Positions 21,212 through 31,801 of a DNA stretch of 64,000 nucleotides are shown one piece after another. The notes beneath the pieces are model-generated. The model was given only the letters and a program-made list of their open reading frames with translations. It searched no databases and was not told the origin of the DNA. How positions within the stretch are numbered: the first letter of the stretch is position 1; each line of letters begins with the position of its first letter. The stretch is from Candidatus Marinacidobacterales bacterium. GTDB lineage: Bacteria; Acidobacteriota; Vicinamibacteria; Marinacidobacterales; DATDRI01. The stretch lies in NCBI GenBank assembly GCA_965219415.1, contig CBDCNP010000002.1, positions 4,224,001 through 4,288,000 on the forward strand, given 5' to 3'. A program made the position numbers and the translations under genes.

Positions 21212-23400
21212 AGCCAGCCTTTCTCTTGTCCGCGCCCGTGAAGGCACCTCTCTCGTGGCCAAAGAGTTCGGATTCCACGAGTTCAGCTGGTATAGCGCCG
21301 CAGTTGACCGCTTTGAAGGGTTGATCCCGCCGTGGACTGGCTCTGTAGATCGACCGGGCAAGCAACTCTTTCCCTGTGCCAGACTCGCCCTCTAAAAGGA
21401 TCGGCACTGATCGCGGAGCAACACGCCGCGCCTTGGCGATCACGCGAGCCATGGCTCGACTGCGGTGAATGATGTCAGCGAATTCGGGAGCCTCGGGAGG
21501 AAGCCCGGCGGCCAACTTCTCGAGGCGTTCGTCCGAACCTCGGAGGAGATCCGGTATGAACTCGGCCGACATGTCGAAGGGCACGGATGCCGTCCGTACG
21601 CCATGCTTAAGCGAGGACTCGATCAACTCACCTGGGAAGCGCGTCTTGGCCAGGATAATCCAGACCGCCGTCATGGCGGGAGTCCCTGGGCTCAGATGAA
21701 AGGTCAGCTCGGAATCCTTGCCGTAACGCACGAGTGACTCGGTCACGACCCGAACCGCTACTTCGTATATCTCGCCGAATTGCGTGGGACCAGACAACGA
21801 CTTGTGGCATACGGCCACTTGTGCCTTGGTCTGAGGCCGGAGCCATTCTAGGGGTCAAGTCTTAATTTTCCTGTCAAATCTCCGTACGGTTCCCCGCGCT
21901 CGGTTAAGCTGCTGATTCCTCCGACGTGCCTTGCGGGAGAAGCTCGTTGCGAAGCTCCTCGACTTTCCTAGCGGCGAAGACATCCATCCTCACGCCGCGC
22001 CATTTGTTTGCGGCGGCCAAGAGCACAGCGAACGAGAGTTTCATCGCGGCCTCCTCGGTGAAGAAGTGAGGAATGACCTTTGTGCGACGTTTGTGCTCTC
22101 CGAACGTGCGCTCAAGTAGATTCGACGTGCGAAGCCTTTTGTGATGCGCCGCAGGAAGGCGTAGCGCCTGAAGACATGCTTCGAGGGTCTCTTCCATGCA
22201 CTTCATCGCGCTCGGGAATCGTTGACGGTACCGAGCGATCACCTCCCGACCCTTCTTCAGCCCTTGCTCGTAGCTGTTCGCATGGAACGACTCAAGGATG
22301 GCCGCCTTGAGTTCGTCGCGCACTTCCTTCGGAGCCTTGCCCAGGATGTTCTCGAGGCGGTGCTTCTGGCAACGTTGCTTGAGGCTTCGAGGGAAGACCT
22401 CTGCGATCGCTTTGAGCACTCCAGGATTCCCGTCCGTCACGATGAGCAACGGCTCCCTCATTCCTCGGGCCACTATCTCCTGCAAGAACCCCTTCCAGTT
22501 CTCGTAGGATTCTCGGTTGCCGACACCGATATGAAGAAGAACTCGCGTCCCATCAGCGCGATAGCCGGTCGCAACGAGGATGGGCTCTTTCCTCTCCGCT
22601 CCTTGGTGGTAGCGCAGGTACGTGCCGTCGAGCTCGAGATACAACAGCTTCTCGTTCGAGAGATCCCGTTTTCGAAACGCCTCGAAATCCTCCGACAGAC
22701 ACCGTGTGACCCGGCTCACCACCGACTTCGAGACACCCGTGCCGCTCAGCACGTCCGCGAACGTCGCCTCAATGTCACGCGTCGACATCCCGTGGACGTA
22801 CATCCGCGCGATCAGTTCATCGAGTTTCTCGGTCCGGCTCACGTAGGCGTCGAGAATCTTTGACTGAAACACCTTCTCTGTTTCTCGTACCCGCGGCACT
22901 TGCACCGTCACCGCTCCCTCGCCCGTGAGGACCCGATGCGACTCATACCCGTTGCGTCGTCCCTTCTCCTTCGTCGTTGCCGGAGCGTTCTCATAGTAGT
23001 TTCGACCCAACGCCTCCGTCACCTCGCGCTCCAACGCATATTGAAGCATCATCTGAGCTCCCGACCGGACGATCTCCGAGAGATTCATCTCCCCAAATAC
23101 CAGTTGTTCCTCGAACTGCTTGAGCAATCGCTGACTCGGTAGTACCTTTCCCATGATGTATGGTTCTCCTTTTCTGTCCCCATGACGGGGACGGGTTTGA
23201 GCTTGGGGAACCATACATCGTTTTTCTTTGACAGGAATCTTAAGACATCACCCATTCTAGGAACGGCATCACCTCTTTTTCGGGATAATCGCTTATCAGC
23301 ACGGCAGCGTCGTAGGAGCGCGTGCTGAGCGCTTGGGCGATCGGCCCTTTACCGACAAGCGGCTCTTCCTGGGGCGCTCGAAGATCAGTTTGGCCGACCC
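21212..23400 (-). pseudogene. Sigma-54 activator with RtcR-like N-terminal domain; truncated at both ends and split by IS256
   Basis: [39 protein letters not shown]. Confidence 0.85.
21853..23252 (-). mobile_element. IS256-family element, 9-bp TSD CATTCTAGG
   Basis: Same protein as 8063-9373 (CDS 21904-23214); TSD at 21844-21852 and 23253-23261. Confidence 0.95.
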
Positions 23401-23547
23401 CGTCCTGTGCCAAAACTCGGCCCTCTTGAAATAGACCACAAATCAGCAGCTTAGACGCCCTTGGAATCCGCGCAGAATCCAGGGTATTTCGCGCCGCAGG
23501 GCTGACTTCCGACCCATGGGCTGGCGGATGAATAAATAGAAGGCACA
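23401..23547 (+). mobile_element. 147-bp MITE (type A)
   Basis: Copy; no TSD. Confidence 0.9.
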
Positions 23548-23608
23548 GTTGACTGGTTGTACGCCTGGGGGTAATCTCAGTTCATAAGAGAGACAGGGTG
23601 ACCGGAAG

Positions 23609-24385
23609 GTGACTGGAGATGACGCCCCCACCAATAACGCCCCCACCAATACTGCCCTACGACTTGAACTAGACGGGCAAGTCACACTACAGCGTCTCGT
23701 TGACGCGGCCAAAGCGTGGACAGGCTTCCTGCGCGAGGTCGGGCGTGATGTTGTCGGTGCTACCGCGCGAGATGCTGTGCGCTACGTGGTTACTGAAGCG
23801 AAAGGCGGCAGTTTAACGCTTGGTGTTCGTCCACAACCTTGCAATGAGAACGTGTCAGCGGAAGCAATGCTACGCATTGCCACTGTGGTAACGTCTGGGA
23901 TTAGATTGCTAGAGCAGTCGGCGGAGCGTCCCGAAAACTTTACCGAGTCCGCCTTGCAAAGGCTACGCGAGCTCGCACTGCTCGCCGATCCTGAAACTCC
24001 TGAGGTCAGAGTCGGCAACAGCGCAGGGAACAGCGTTCCTCTTTCCAGGCGGCTTGTTCAACACGTCGAGAAAGTGTTAGCTCCGGAATTTACGAGCATC
24101 GGAACGGTTGAAGGTAGACTTAAAGGGCTCATTATTCACGGCAAGTCTCGATTCATAATAGTTGATCCTCTGACTGAGAGACAGATTAGTTGCTACTTCA
24201 CCAAACGTGTTGAATGGAAACTTGCGTTGAAACTTTTCGGAACACGTGTTGCTGCTACTGGACACATACGATCGCGCGTATCTGGAGAGAAGATGAGTAT
24301 CCAAGTGACCCATCTCCAGCCGCTATTACAGCCAGAAGAAAAATTGCCTAGCGCCAACGATGTGCTTGGGATTCTCGGAACCTAA
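23609..24385 (+). CDS. Hypothetical protein, likely PIN-toxin partner
   Basis: 258-aa ORF 6 bp upstream of a PIN gene; C-terminal GTVEGRL...RVAATG OB-fold-like region. Confidence 0.6.
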   Translation: MTGDDAPTNNAPTNTALRLELDGQVTLQRLVDAAKAWTGFLREVGRDVVGATARDAVRYVVTEAKGGSLTLGVRPQPCNENVSAEAMLRIATVVTSGIRLLEQSAERPENFTESALQRLRELALLADPETPEVRVGNSAGNSVPLSRRLVQHVEKVLAPEFTSIGTVEGRLKGLIIHGKSRFIIVDPLTERQISCYFTKRVEWKLALKLFGTRVAATGHIRSRVSGEKMSIQVTHLQPLLQPEEKLPSANDVLGILGT

Positions 24386-24391
24386 GCCTAG

Positions 24392-24880
24392 ATGGACTAC
24401 CGGTATTGGGATTCGGTTGTGTTTCTCGGATGGCTGAAAAAAGAACCGGATAAGGTTCCCTATTGTAAGCCAGTGCTTGACGCTGCTGAGCGCGGCGATG
24501 TCACAGTGATCACATCAGCACTCACAATCGCAGAGGTTTTATGGTTGAAGGGAAATCCCAAGATTGATGTGCAGGCACGTCAGATTGAGACATTCTTTCG
24601 TAATGACTGGATCGTAATCCGAGAGGTGGACCGCTTCCTTGCGGAGAGAGCGAGGGACTTGGTGTGGTCGATGGATGTGAAACCGAAAGATGCGATCCAC
24701 GTGGCCACAGCGGTGAACCAAGACGTCCGAATTGATCAACTTGACACGTTTGATGAGGGAATGATTAAACTCTCTGGATCGGTTGGGAACCCTCCTCTGG
24801 CCATCGGTTGGCCAAACTTACCTCAAAGGCTCCCATTTGAGGCAAAAGATGAAGACCCGTCAGACACAAGTGGAAATTGA
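24392..24880 (+). CDS. PIN-domain (VapC-like) protein
   Basis: YWDSVVFL, SALTIAEV, KPKDAIHVATA, TFD. Confidence 0.85.
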   Translation: MDYRYWDSVVFLGWLKKEPDKVPYCKPVLDAAERGDVTVITSALTIAEVLWLKGNPKIDVQARQIETFFRNDWIVIREVDRFLAERARDLVWSMDVKPKDAIHVATAVNQDVRIDQLDTFDEGMIKLSGSVGNPPLAIGWPNLPQRLPFEAKDEDPSDTSGN

Positions 24881-25285
24881 AGCTGACGAGCAAAAGAGCC
24901 CGCGATTCATCGCGGGTTGCATCGCTTGTCGGACAGATCGACAGTCCCATCTCATCGGCCAGAGCTGACACCGCATACGACGCCGGCGGCGTCTATGAGG
25001 CAATCGAGAATCACAGCGCTCATCGCTCGCCGAGGGTGCTGATACCGCCGCGCAAGGGCGCCCTGCTCGCATCGGGGCCGGCGAGCAGCCGACAGCGCAA
25101 TCGCAACATTGCAGCACAAGCTCGGCTCGGCAAACGAAAGTGGCACACAGAATCGGGCTACAGCAAACGGAGCAAAGTCGAGACAACGTTCCATCGCTAC
25201 AAGGCTATCGTGGGCTCAGCGATGCGAGCGAGAGGGTTGGCGGCACAGAGAGGTGAGGCAAGGATCGGGTGCAAGATTCTCAACA
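24881..25285 (+). pseudogene. IS5-family transposase C-terminal fragment
   Basis: ADTAYD, IPPRK, GYSKRSKVETTFHRYK. Confidence 0.8.
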
Positions 25286-25704
25286 CGTCTGGTCAAAATA
25301 CTCGAACGCCCAGCGGGTCAGCAGTTTGTACCTTTCCAAAGGCTGCTTGAATCCCGTCCTGTGCCAAAACTCGGCCCTTTAGAAATGGACCACAAATCAG
25401 CAGCTTAGACGCCCTTGGAATCCGCGCAGAATCCAGGGTATTTCGCGCCGCAGGGCTGACTTCCGACCCATGGGCTGGCGGATGAATAAATAGAAGGCAC
25501 AACCGAGTCCGCCGTGGCCGTTTCACCGAACGGTGGAGGACGGCGAGCTGCTGCCGAAGAGCGACATTCTCAAGAGCCAGCTCGCGACGAGCCTTGAAGG
25601 CAGAGATGAGAGCGCGAACAAACGACAAAATCACGCAAGCATGTTGCCGGCAGACCGGAGACTAATCAAGTTCAGTGCCCGCGCATGAATAAATAGAAGG
25701 CACA
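25286..25704. repeat. Nested ends: D end (25286), type A MITE (25355-25501), rve 5' remnant with R end (25502-25704)
   Basis: [29 protein letters not shown] starts ~70 bp inside the R end. Confidence 0.85.
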
Positions 25705-26166
25705 GGTGGCTGAGAACGGCGAGCCGTCGTGCCAACGTACCGGCGGCCACGGGCTCGGAACTGCCAGTGATGCGCGAAGCGAACAAACTCCGGATTCTCG
25801 ACTAACGGGCCGCCCTCCCACCGCCGGTCCTCGACGATGACCGAACGCATCCTGGTCAAACAGAATCTCCTTGGGTACTCCGTCGAGAAAACGGAACGCC
25901 TCTTCGAGTCCCTTCGAACAGCGTCCGCATGTCAACGTACTGGACCGGATTCCGAAAAGGGACTAGGCGCAGGCCAAGCCGCTGTTGACGGCGATCCCTT
26001 ACGCCACCAGCCTGCAGGAGTGCGAGACGAAGAAGGCCAAGTTCCAGGATTGGTGCTTGCGCAAGGGTCTTCCGGGGGCCGCGCACGTGCTCGACGAGAA
26101 CTGGGAGCGGATGGTGTTAGCGGCGGCTGTAAATTGCACATTTGTGGCGGACGAAAATTGCACACT
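25705..26166. pseudogene. IS21 istA fragment, IS256-like fragment and an IS21-type end
   Basis: EEAFRFLDGVPKEILFDQ; LDENWERMV; TGTTAGCGGCGG with repeated AAATTGCACA. Confidence 0.65.
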
Positions 26167-26174
26167 CGGCACCC

Positions 26175-26276
26175 CGTCCTGTGCCAAAACTCGGCCCTTT
26201 TGAAAGACCATGGCTGTAATTTAATGCACCGTAAAGTCTTAGTGTCATTTTGCCAACACTTAATGGCGGAAGCACC
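26175..26276 (+). mobile_element. 102-bp hybrid rve/IS1 mini-element
   Basis: Copy of 2567-2668. Confidence 0.85.
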
Positions 26277-26300
26277 CATGAGGTCTGTGTGAGCGGCAGG

Positions 26301-26448
26301 TGTGCCTTCTATTTATTCATCCGCCAGCCCCATGGGTCGGAAGTCAGCCCTGCGGCGCGAAATACCCTGGATTCTGCGCGGATTCCAAGGGCGTCTAAGC
26401 TGCTGATTTGTGGTCTATTTCTAAAGGGCCGAGTTTTGGCACAGGACG
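26301..26448 (-). mobile_element. Type A MITE, inverted
   Basis: Reverse complement of the 147-bp unit. Confidence 0.9.
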
Positions 26449-26567
26449 GGATCGTGAAGGATCTTTTCGGGCACACCTGGTCCATTGCGACGCTCGTCGA
26501 AGACGTACCGCTGGAGGAAATGGACAAGAGGGCCTCCGAATCCGCAAAAAAGCAGGGTAAAGGGTAG
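26449..26567 (+). pseudogene. VOC/glyoxalase family C-terminal fragment
   Basis: GIVKDLFGHTWSIAT. Confidence 0.65.
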
Positions 26568-26597
26568 TGTGGGTCGGTCTCTTTGAAGCCGTTCAGT

Positions 26598-28367
26598 CTA
26601 AAGACCGTGGCAGTTGCCGCAAACCGCGACTTTCCGAATCGGTGAGGTGCGATGCCGGTCTTCCCGGTAGGGAAAGAGCTCCCCGTGGCATTGGACGCAC
26701 TCGGCCTTCTGTTCCAAGACCACACCGTGGACCAGCTCGAAGTGGAGATAGCCGGGCCGCTCCGCGGGGACGAGTGCTTCGAGATCATGACACTTAGTGC
26801 ATTGGGCGCTATCCGCGGAGGTGAATTCCATTTCCCGGGGTGTCTCTTGAGGCGGCGCGCTCGGCGCAGCGCGGTGCGACGCTCCAAGCTCGGCCGCCGC
26901 GGTGCGGCCCGCCATCTGACCGATCACAATCGAGGGCCCGAGAAACGTCCCTTCGAGGCCGGCCTTTCCGTTGATGCCGGCGAGCCCCGATGCTTCTCCC
27001 GCGGCGTAGAGGCTGGGTATCACGTGCCCCTCTGTATCTAAAACGCGAGCCGCGGTGTCGACCGCGATACCCCCCATGCTCTTGCGAGCCAGCGGATACA
27101 AATGGATGGCGTAGAACGGCGGCACCTCGAGCGCCTTTAGGTCACGGCATCGCGGATCGTTATCCGGCGCGAGCCGATCGAAATCCTTGTCCTTCTGCTG
27201 CTTCACCATTTGGTTGAAACGGGTTACCGTTCGCCCGAGCGCGTCCTCCGGTAGACCGGTGGCTTTCGCCAACCCTTCGATCGTATCCGCGATCTTGGTG
27301 ATCGCTTCGTCGCGGAAAACCAGTTGGTCGATTCTCTCGCGACTCCAACCCGAGCCGGTGATCATGAAATCCTTCTTGCCCTCTTCGTCGAATACGGCCC
27401 AGTAACTCCCGGTCGGTTGCTCCAGGAGCGCCGGCAGGGTGTACTTGGCAGAAAGGCATTCGTTGACGAAGCGCTCCCCGCTCATATTGACGTAAATTGC
27501 GTCGTAGGCGAGCGCGTTCACACCCCGGATTCCCTCCTCGTAGCGAGGATCAGGGAGCCCCGTCACGTAGTTCCATTGATGATCGAGTCGATGGAACTCG
27601 GCACCGGCTTTTTCGGCCAGCTCCAAACCGTATCCTTGAGAGTTCCATCCTGAACCGGCGAGTATGCGCTCCGGGAAGGGCATGTCCTTGTTCCAAAGCT
27701 CCCTCACTTTCTCCAAATTGCTCTGAAACCCTCCGGTGGCGATGACGACCCCGTTGGCGCGGAGCTCGATGCTTTCACCGCTTCGAGCGTTCGTGCCCCG
27801 GACGCCCACCACGTTTCCCCCTTCGATGATGAGATCATCGACGCGCGTGTTCCATCGGAAGCCCACGTCCCCCGATTTCAAGGTGGCGAGATAGATTGGC
27901 TTGACCAGTCCCAGTCCGCGGCCCTCGATATTGTGAAACCGCATGACGCTGTTGCCCGGATGGAACATCAGATCTTCGAACCGGACTCCCAACTCTTGAA
28001 GCCAGTCGTAGATTTCTTCCCGCGAGTGCTCGACGTAGTAGCGGACCCAATCCGGGTCGGGATCCTCTCCCCAATTCAAGAAATCGGAGTAGGCGAGCTC
28101 GACGCTGTCTTCGATCCCGGCGGCCTCTTGAATGGGCGTCCCCACGATCGCGAGTCCCCCGTGCGCCATAACCGCATGTCCCCCGAAAACGGAGCCCATG
28201 TCGATCACTTCGACCCGGGCGCCACCGCGCTCGGCCTCTAGAGCGGCCGAGAGCCCCGAGATTCCAGCCCCCACCACGATGACGTCCGGCTGGGTCTCAG
28301 GTTGACAGGCCGACGAGGTGGTGAGAGCCAAGACAACGGCGAGTACGGACTTCCTAGGCGAGCTCAT
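26598..28367 (-). CDS. FAD-dependent oxidoreductase (fumarate reductase/KstD-like) lipoprotein with three C-terminal CxxCH motifs
   Basis: VVGAGISG, IATGGF, SMGGI, LYAAGE; CTKCH, CVQCH, CGNCH. Confidence 0.88.
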   Translation of the reverse strand: MSSPRKSVLAVVLALTTSSACQPETQPDVIVVGAGISGLSAALEAERGGARVEVIDMGSVFGGHAVMAHGGLAIVGTPIQEAAGIEDSVELAYSDFLNWGEDPDPDWVRYYVEHSREEIYDWLQELGVRFEDLMFHPGNSVMRFHNIEGRGLGLVKPIYLATLKSGDVGFRWNTRVDDLIIEGGNVVGVRGTNARSGESIELRANGVVIATGGFQSNLEKVRELWNKDMPFPERILAGSGWNSQGYGLELAEKAGAEFHRLDHQWNYVTGLPDPRYEEGIRGVNALAYDAIYVNMSGERFVNECLSAKYTLPALLEQPTGSYWAVFDEEGKKDFMITGSGWSRERIDQLVFRDEAITKIADTIEGLAKATGLPEDALGRTVTRFNQMVKQQKDKDFDRLAPDNDPRCRDLKALEVPPFYAIHLYPLARKSMGGIAVDTAARVLDTEGHVIPSLYAAGEASGLAGINGKAGLEGTFLGPSIVIGQMAGRTAAAELGASHRAAPSAPPQETPREMEFTSADSAQCTKCHDLEALVPAERPGYLHFELVHGVVLEQKAECVQCHGELFPYREDRHRTSPIRKVAVCGNCHGL

Positions 28368-28415
28368 ATTCGACTTTCCCCGGAATCAGGCGGTTTGCGC
28401 GGCCTAATCTTATCC

Positions 28416-28679
28416 TGTGCCTTCTATTTATTCATCCGCGGGTGCTTGCGCTGTTTGCTGTTGGTGATGTGTACGCATCCCTTTGCAAAAAAGGCGCTTA
28501 CGCTCCATTTAGCGCGCAGCGAAGGTCACGAGCGCTATTTTGGCTGTAATTTAATGCAGCGTAAAGTCTTAGCGTCATCTCACCAACACTTAATAGCGGA
28601 AGCACCCCGTCTTCGGCCCGGAATTCAAGCGGAGCGTAAGTCCTTGATTTCGTGGGCGGAGCAGTTTTGACGATGCACA
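28416..28679. repeat. R-end stub, IS1 MITE (28441-28606) and left end of the 349-aa rve IS (28607-28679)
   Basis: Direct identity to other copies. Confidence 0.85.
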
Positions 28680-28703
28680 GGCGAGGCGTTTCGGGCACGC
28701 ATC

Positions 28704-29023
28704 ATGAAAATCACGCCGACATCGCTGACTATCTCCCAACTCCTGGGATCCGATAACGAGCAGTACGTGATTCCGGCTTACCAGCGACGGTATTCGTGGA
28801 AGCAGCATCAGGTCCAGGACGTGTGGGACGACTTGACGATCCTCGAAGCCGCAGACTCGCATCTGTTAGGCACGATCGTCTGCCTCGCCGGGCACCACAC
28901 CGCCGGGGTCAACCAACTGGAGTTGGTAGACGGTCAGCAGCGGCTCACGACGATCAGCATCCTGCTGCACTGCCTCCTCGATCGCCTGAAGTCAGAGACC
29001 CAGGTCGACGACGCGCGAGACCT
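28704..29023 (+). pseudogene. DUF262 (GmrSD-type) N-terminal fragment
   Basis: YVIPAYQRRYSW, LVDGQQRLTT. Confidence 0.9.
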
Positions 29024-29171
29024 CGTCCTGTGCCAAAACTCGGCCCTTTAGAAATAGACCACAAATCAGCAGCTTAGACGCCCTTGGAATCCGCGCAGAA
29101 TCCAGGGTATTTCGCGCCGCAGGGCTGACTTCCGACCCATGGGGCTGGCGGATGAATAAATAGAAGGCACA
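29024..29171 (+). mobile_element. Type A MITE, followed by an inverted C end (to 29247)
   Basis: Copy; no TSD. Confidence 0.9.
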
Positions 29172-29399
29172 ACCAAGCCTAGACACCTCTAATCCGAAAC
29201 GTCCCGGCGCGTGGGTCTTGAGTTCGTTTGTGTTTTTGGACACGACGGGCATGGACTCTGCTGCGTTGCTGGAGACGACATCGATCGAACGGTGGAGGAG
29301 TTGCGCCGTCGGTATGAGCAAAACCACGACGATTGCAGCGTTATTGTCGTCCGATGAAACCGGTCCCTGCCGACTGGCCCGCTCGCACCAAGCGTGAGC

Positions 29400-30119
29400 C
29401 TAGCGCCTAGTAAAGGTGAAGGTCCCCACCAGAGCGACTTGGCCGCCAACCGCAAGCGGACGTCCGTCGATTCGCTGGATCGACTCGCGAGGTGAGGTGG
29501 GATCGTCGGCGGAGTTGTAAGTCGTTCCGCTGTCCGTGCCTGCGTCGTAAGCAAAGAGCTCCACTGTTAGTTCCTCGACCCATTGGCCTCCTTCGAGAAG
29601 GCTCAAGGCCGAAACCCCGGTGAACCAATCGGGGCTCGGTGCCACCATCGAGACCAACGTCACCAGAGGGTAATCGCGCCGGATCGCGAAATCGAGAGAC
29701 ACGCTTGAAGGCGATCGAGGAATGCCATCACCTGAAAGAAGCCTGTCCGCCGTTCCCTCGTCGCGAGCCGCTCGAATCTCTTCGTTGAGAGGGGTTTTAA
29801 GACCCCTTTCGGCCATGGTTTTGATCCCATCCGAAGCCTTCCTTCCGGGCATCCAGAAGCGAATGTCGTCGTTGTGCGTGCCACCGATCAATCCGGAGAA
29901 GTGTGGGTTGGGAGGAAAGTCTTCGGGATGGGTCGATTTACTCCAGGAAGCATCGAAAGTGACGGTGTACTCGGCTCTCGCCTCGGGTTCGGCAGTCTCG
30001 GCCGGTGGAGATGACTCGGGTTCCGTGGTCGAGGATGGGGACATGGAGGAACTGCAACCCACGACCCCGACCGCGGTGATAGCAAGCGTCAACCATTGAA
30101 AAGACTGCAGCATACTCAT
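29400..30119 (-). CDS. Spondin_N domain lipoprotein
   Basis: VVGC lipobox, YTVTFDASWS, HFSGLIG, SMVAPSPDWF, YDAGTDSG. Confidence 0.9.
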   Translation of the reverse strand: MSMLQSFQWLTLAITAVGVVGCSSSMSPSSTTEPESSPPAETAEPEARAEYTVTFDASWSKSTHPEDFPPNPHFSGLIGGTHNDDIRFWMPGRKASDGIKTMAERGLKTPLNEEIRAARDEGTADRLLSGDGIPRSPSSVSLDFAIRRDYPLVTLVSMVAPSPDWFTGVSALSLLEGGQWVEELTVELFAYDAGTDSGTTYNSADDPTSPRESIQRIDGRPLAVGGQVALVGTFTFTRR

Positions 30120-30222
30120 GAGGAAATTGTGTCGGGTCGATGGCCTTGGGTTGATTCATGATAGCGCAAACCGGCCTCCTTGCGGAGCTGGTAGCTGCGG
30201 AGGCGCTGCGCCACCTACCGGC

Positions 30223-30516
30223 TGTGATCCGCAAAAAAGAAGATCGACAAGAAGCAGCCGATCATAGCAGGTCTAAGACGCGCAATCAACGCTGGATAGA
30301 CTTTCTGCGGAGCACAAGGGTCGAGTTTTGGCACAGGACGCGGTCTACCGTTCCGCCGCGGGCACCTCCCGTCCTGTGCCAAAACTCGGCCCTTTAGAAA
30401 TAGACCACAAATCAGCAGCTTAGACGCCCTTGGAATCCGCGCAGAATCCAGGGTATTTCGCGCCGCAGGGCTGACTTCCGACCCATGGGCTGGCGAATGA
30501 ATAAATAGAAGGCACA
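30223..30516. repeat. Type E MITE (30223-30316), inverted A stub (30317-30340), 29-bp insert, type A MITE (30370-30516)
   Basis: Direct identity to other copies. Confidence 0.88.
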
Positions 30517-30579
30517 CCTCTACACCCACATCGAGCCGCTTTTGGCCGGTGATGTTCCATTCTTGTGAATAGCCACGAA

Positions 30580-31014
30580 CTAGGTCAGCATCTCCTCGTC
30601 GCTGTAATCCCAGGTGCGAAGTGTTCCCGGCTCGAGACGGATCATCGCAAAGTCGATTTCCTTCATACCATCGGCATAATCGTTTCCTCGAGCCTCACCG
30701 AGATAGCGGATGGCAAGGCGTCGTAGGATGTCGAGGTCGTCAGTCGGGTGCGAAACCTTAGCCTCTCCTCGTATTTCAATGCCCCGATACGGCGGCTGGC
30801 TGTCGGCTACTACGACGGATGCCATGGGGTTATGGTCGAGGTGCCTGGTCTTCACATCCTTTGCGAAGGTCATCACCGTGAACCCGCCGTCCCTGAACTC
30901 GTGCCAGACCGGCGACAACAACGAGTGGCCGTTTTGCATGTGGGTCGCGAGAATCGCCACGGTCGAGCCGGTAAGCAGGTCGCCTAGCTCTTCGGGTTTG
31001 AGGTTCTTGCGCAT
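30580..31014 (-). CDS. Pyridoxamine 5'-phosphate oxidase-like (PPOX, flavin/F420) protein
   Basis: AILAT..NG..LSPVW, K.RHLDHNP, GIEIRG, LAIRYLG; GGAGG RBS. Confidence 0.8.
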   Translation of the reverse strand: MRKNLKPEELGDLLTGSTVAILATHMQNGHSLLSPVWHEFRDGGFTVMTFAKDVKTRHLDHNPMASVVVADSQPPYRGIEIRGEAKVSHPTDDLDILRRLAIRYLGEARGNDYADGMKEIDFAMIRLEPGTLRTWDYSDEEMLT

Positions 31015-31045
31015 GTCGCACCTCCTGGAAAAAGATAATCTACTC

Positions 31046-31509
31046 TGTCCTGTGCCAAAACTCGGCTCTTTTGAAATAGACCATAAATCAGCAGCTTAGT
31101 GTTTGTGTTTGCGACCGGGCCAAGGCGGCCCAAGGGTCTTGAGTTCGTTTGTATTCTTGGACACGACGGCCACGTCAGGAACAATTCGGGCTTCATCCGA
31201 GAGCCGTGGCCGTTTCACGGAACGGCGGAGGACGACGAGCTGCTGCCGAAGAGCGACATTCTCAGGAGCCAGCTCGCGACGAGCCTTGAAGCCGGAGATG
31301 AGAGCGGGAACCAACGACGAAATCATGCCGGCATGGTGCTGGCAGACCGGAGATTATTCAAGTTTGGTGCGTGCGGATAAATAAATAGAAGGCACAGGCG
31401 CTTACGCTCCATTTAGCGCGCAGCGAAAGTCGTGAGCGCTATTTGGGCTGTAATTTAATGCACCGTAAAGTCTAGCGTCATCTCACCAACACTTAATGGC
31501 GAAAGCACC
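31046..31509. repeat. A+C hybrid element (31046-31168), rve 5' remnant with R end (to 31396), partial IS1 MITE (31397-31509)
   Basis: The A end begins TGT here rather than CGT, which helps fix the tip position. Confidence 0.8.
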
Positions 31510-31547
31510 GTTCGACGAGTTTCGTCCGTTCTTCGAGAACTATCGGG

Positions 31548-31801
31548 CTATTTCTTGCTCGTCACGCTCGTGATCTTATTCTTCATCGTCTGGCTTCGGT
31601 CGGCACGCGTTCCAAGCTTGATATTCGTATGGATGCGCGGTGCGCCCATTTCGTGGACGACTTCGTGACATCGCTTCACCACGCAAAATACTTCGTCCCA
31701 ATCCCCTTCGATGTTGGTGCCGTTTGCGTGCAGCTCGGGCGATAGCCCCGCGGCTTCTATGACGCGCTCGCAAGCGGCAACGTACTTCGACAGGGAGACC
31801 C
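31548..31801 (-). pseudogene. MTH1187/YkoF thiamine-binding family, 5'-truncated
   Basis: SLSKYVA, HANGTNIEGDWDEV, GAPRIHTNIKLGTR. Confidence 0.8.
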
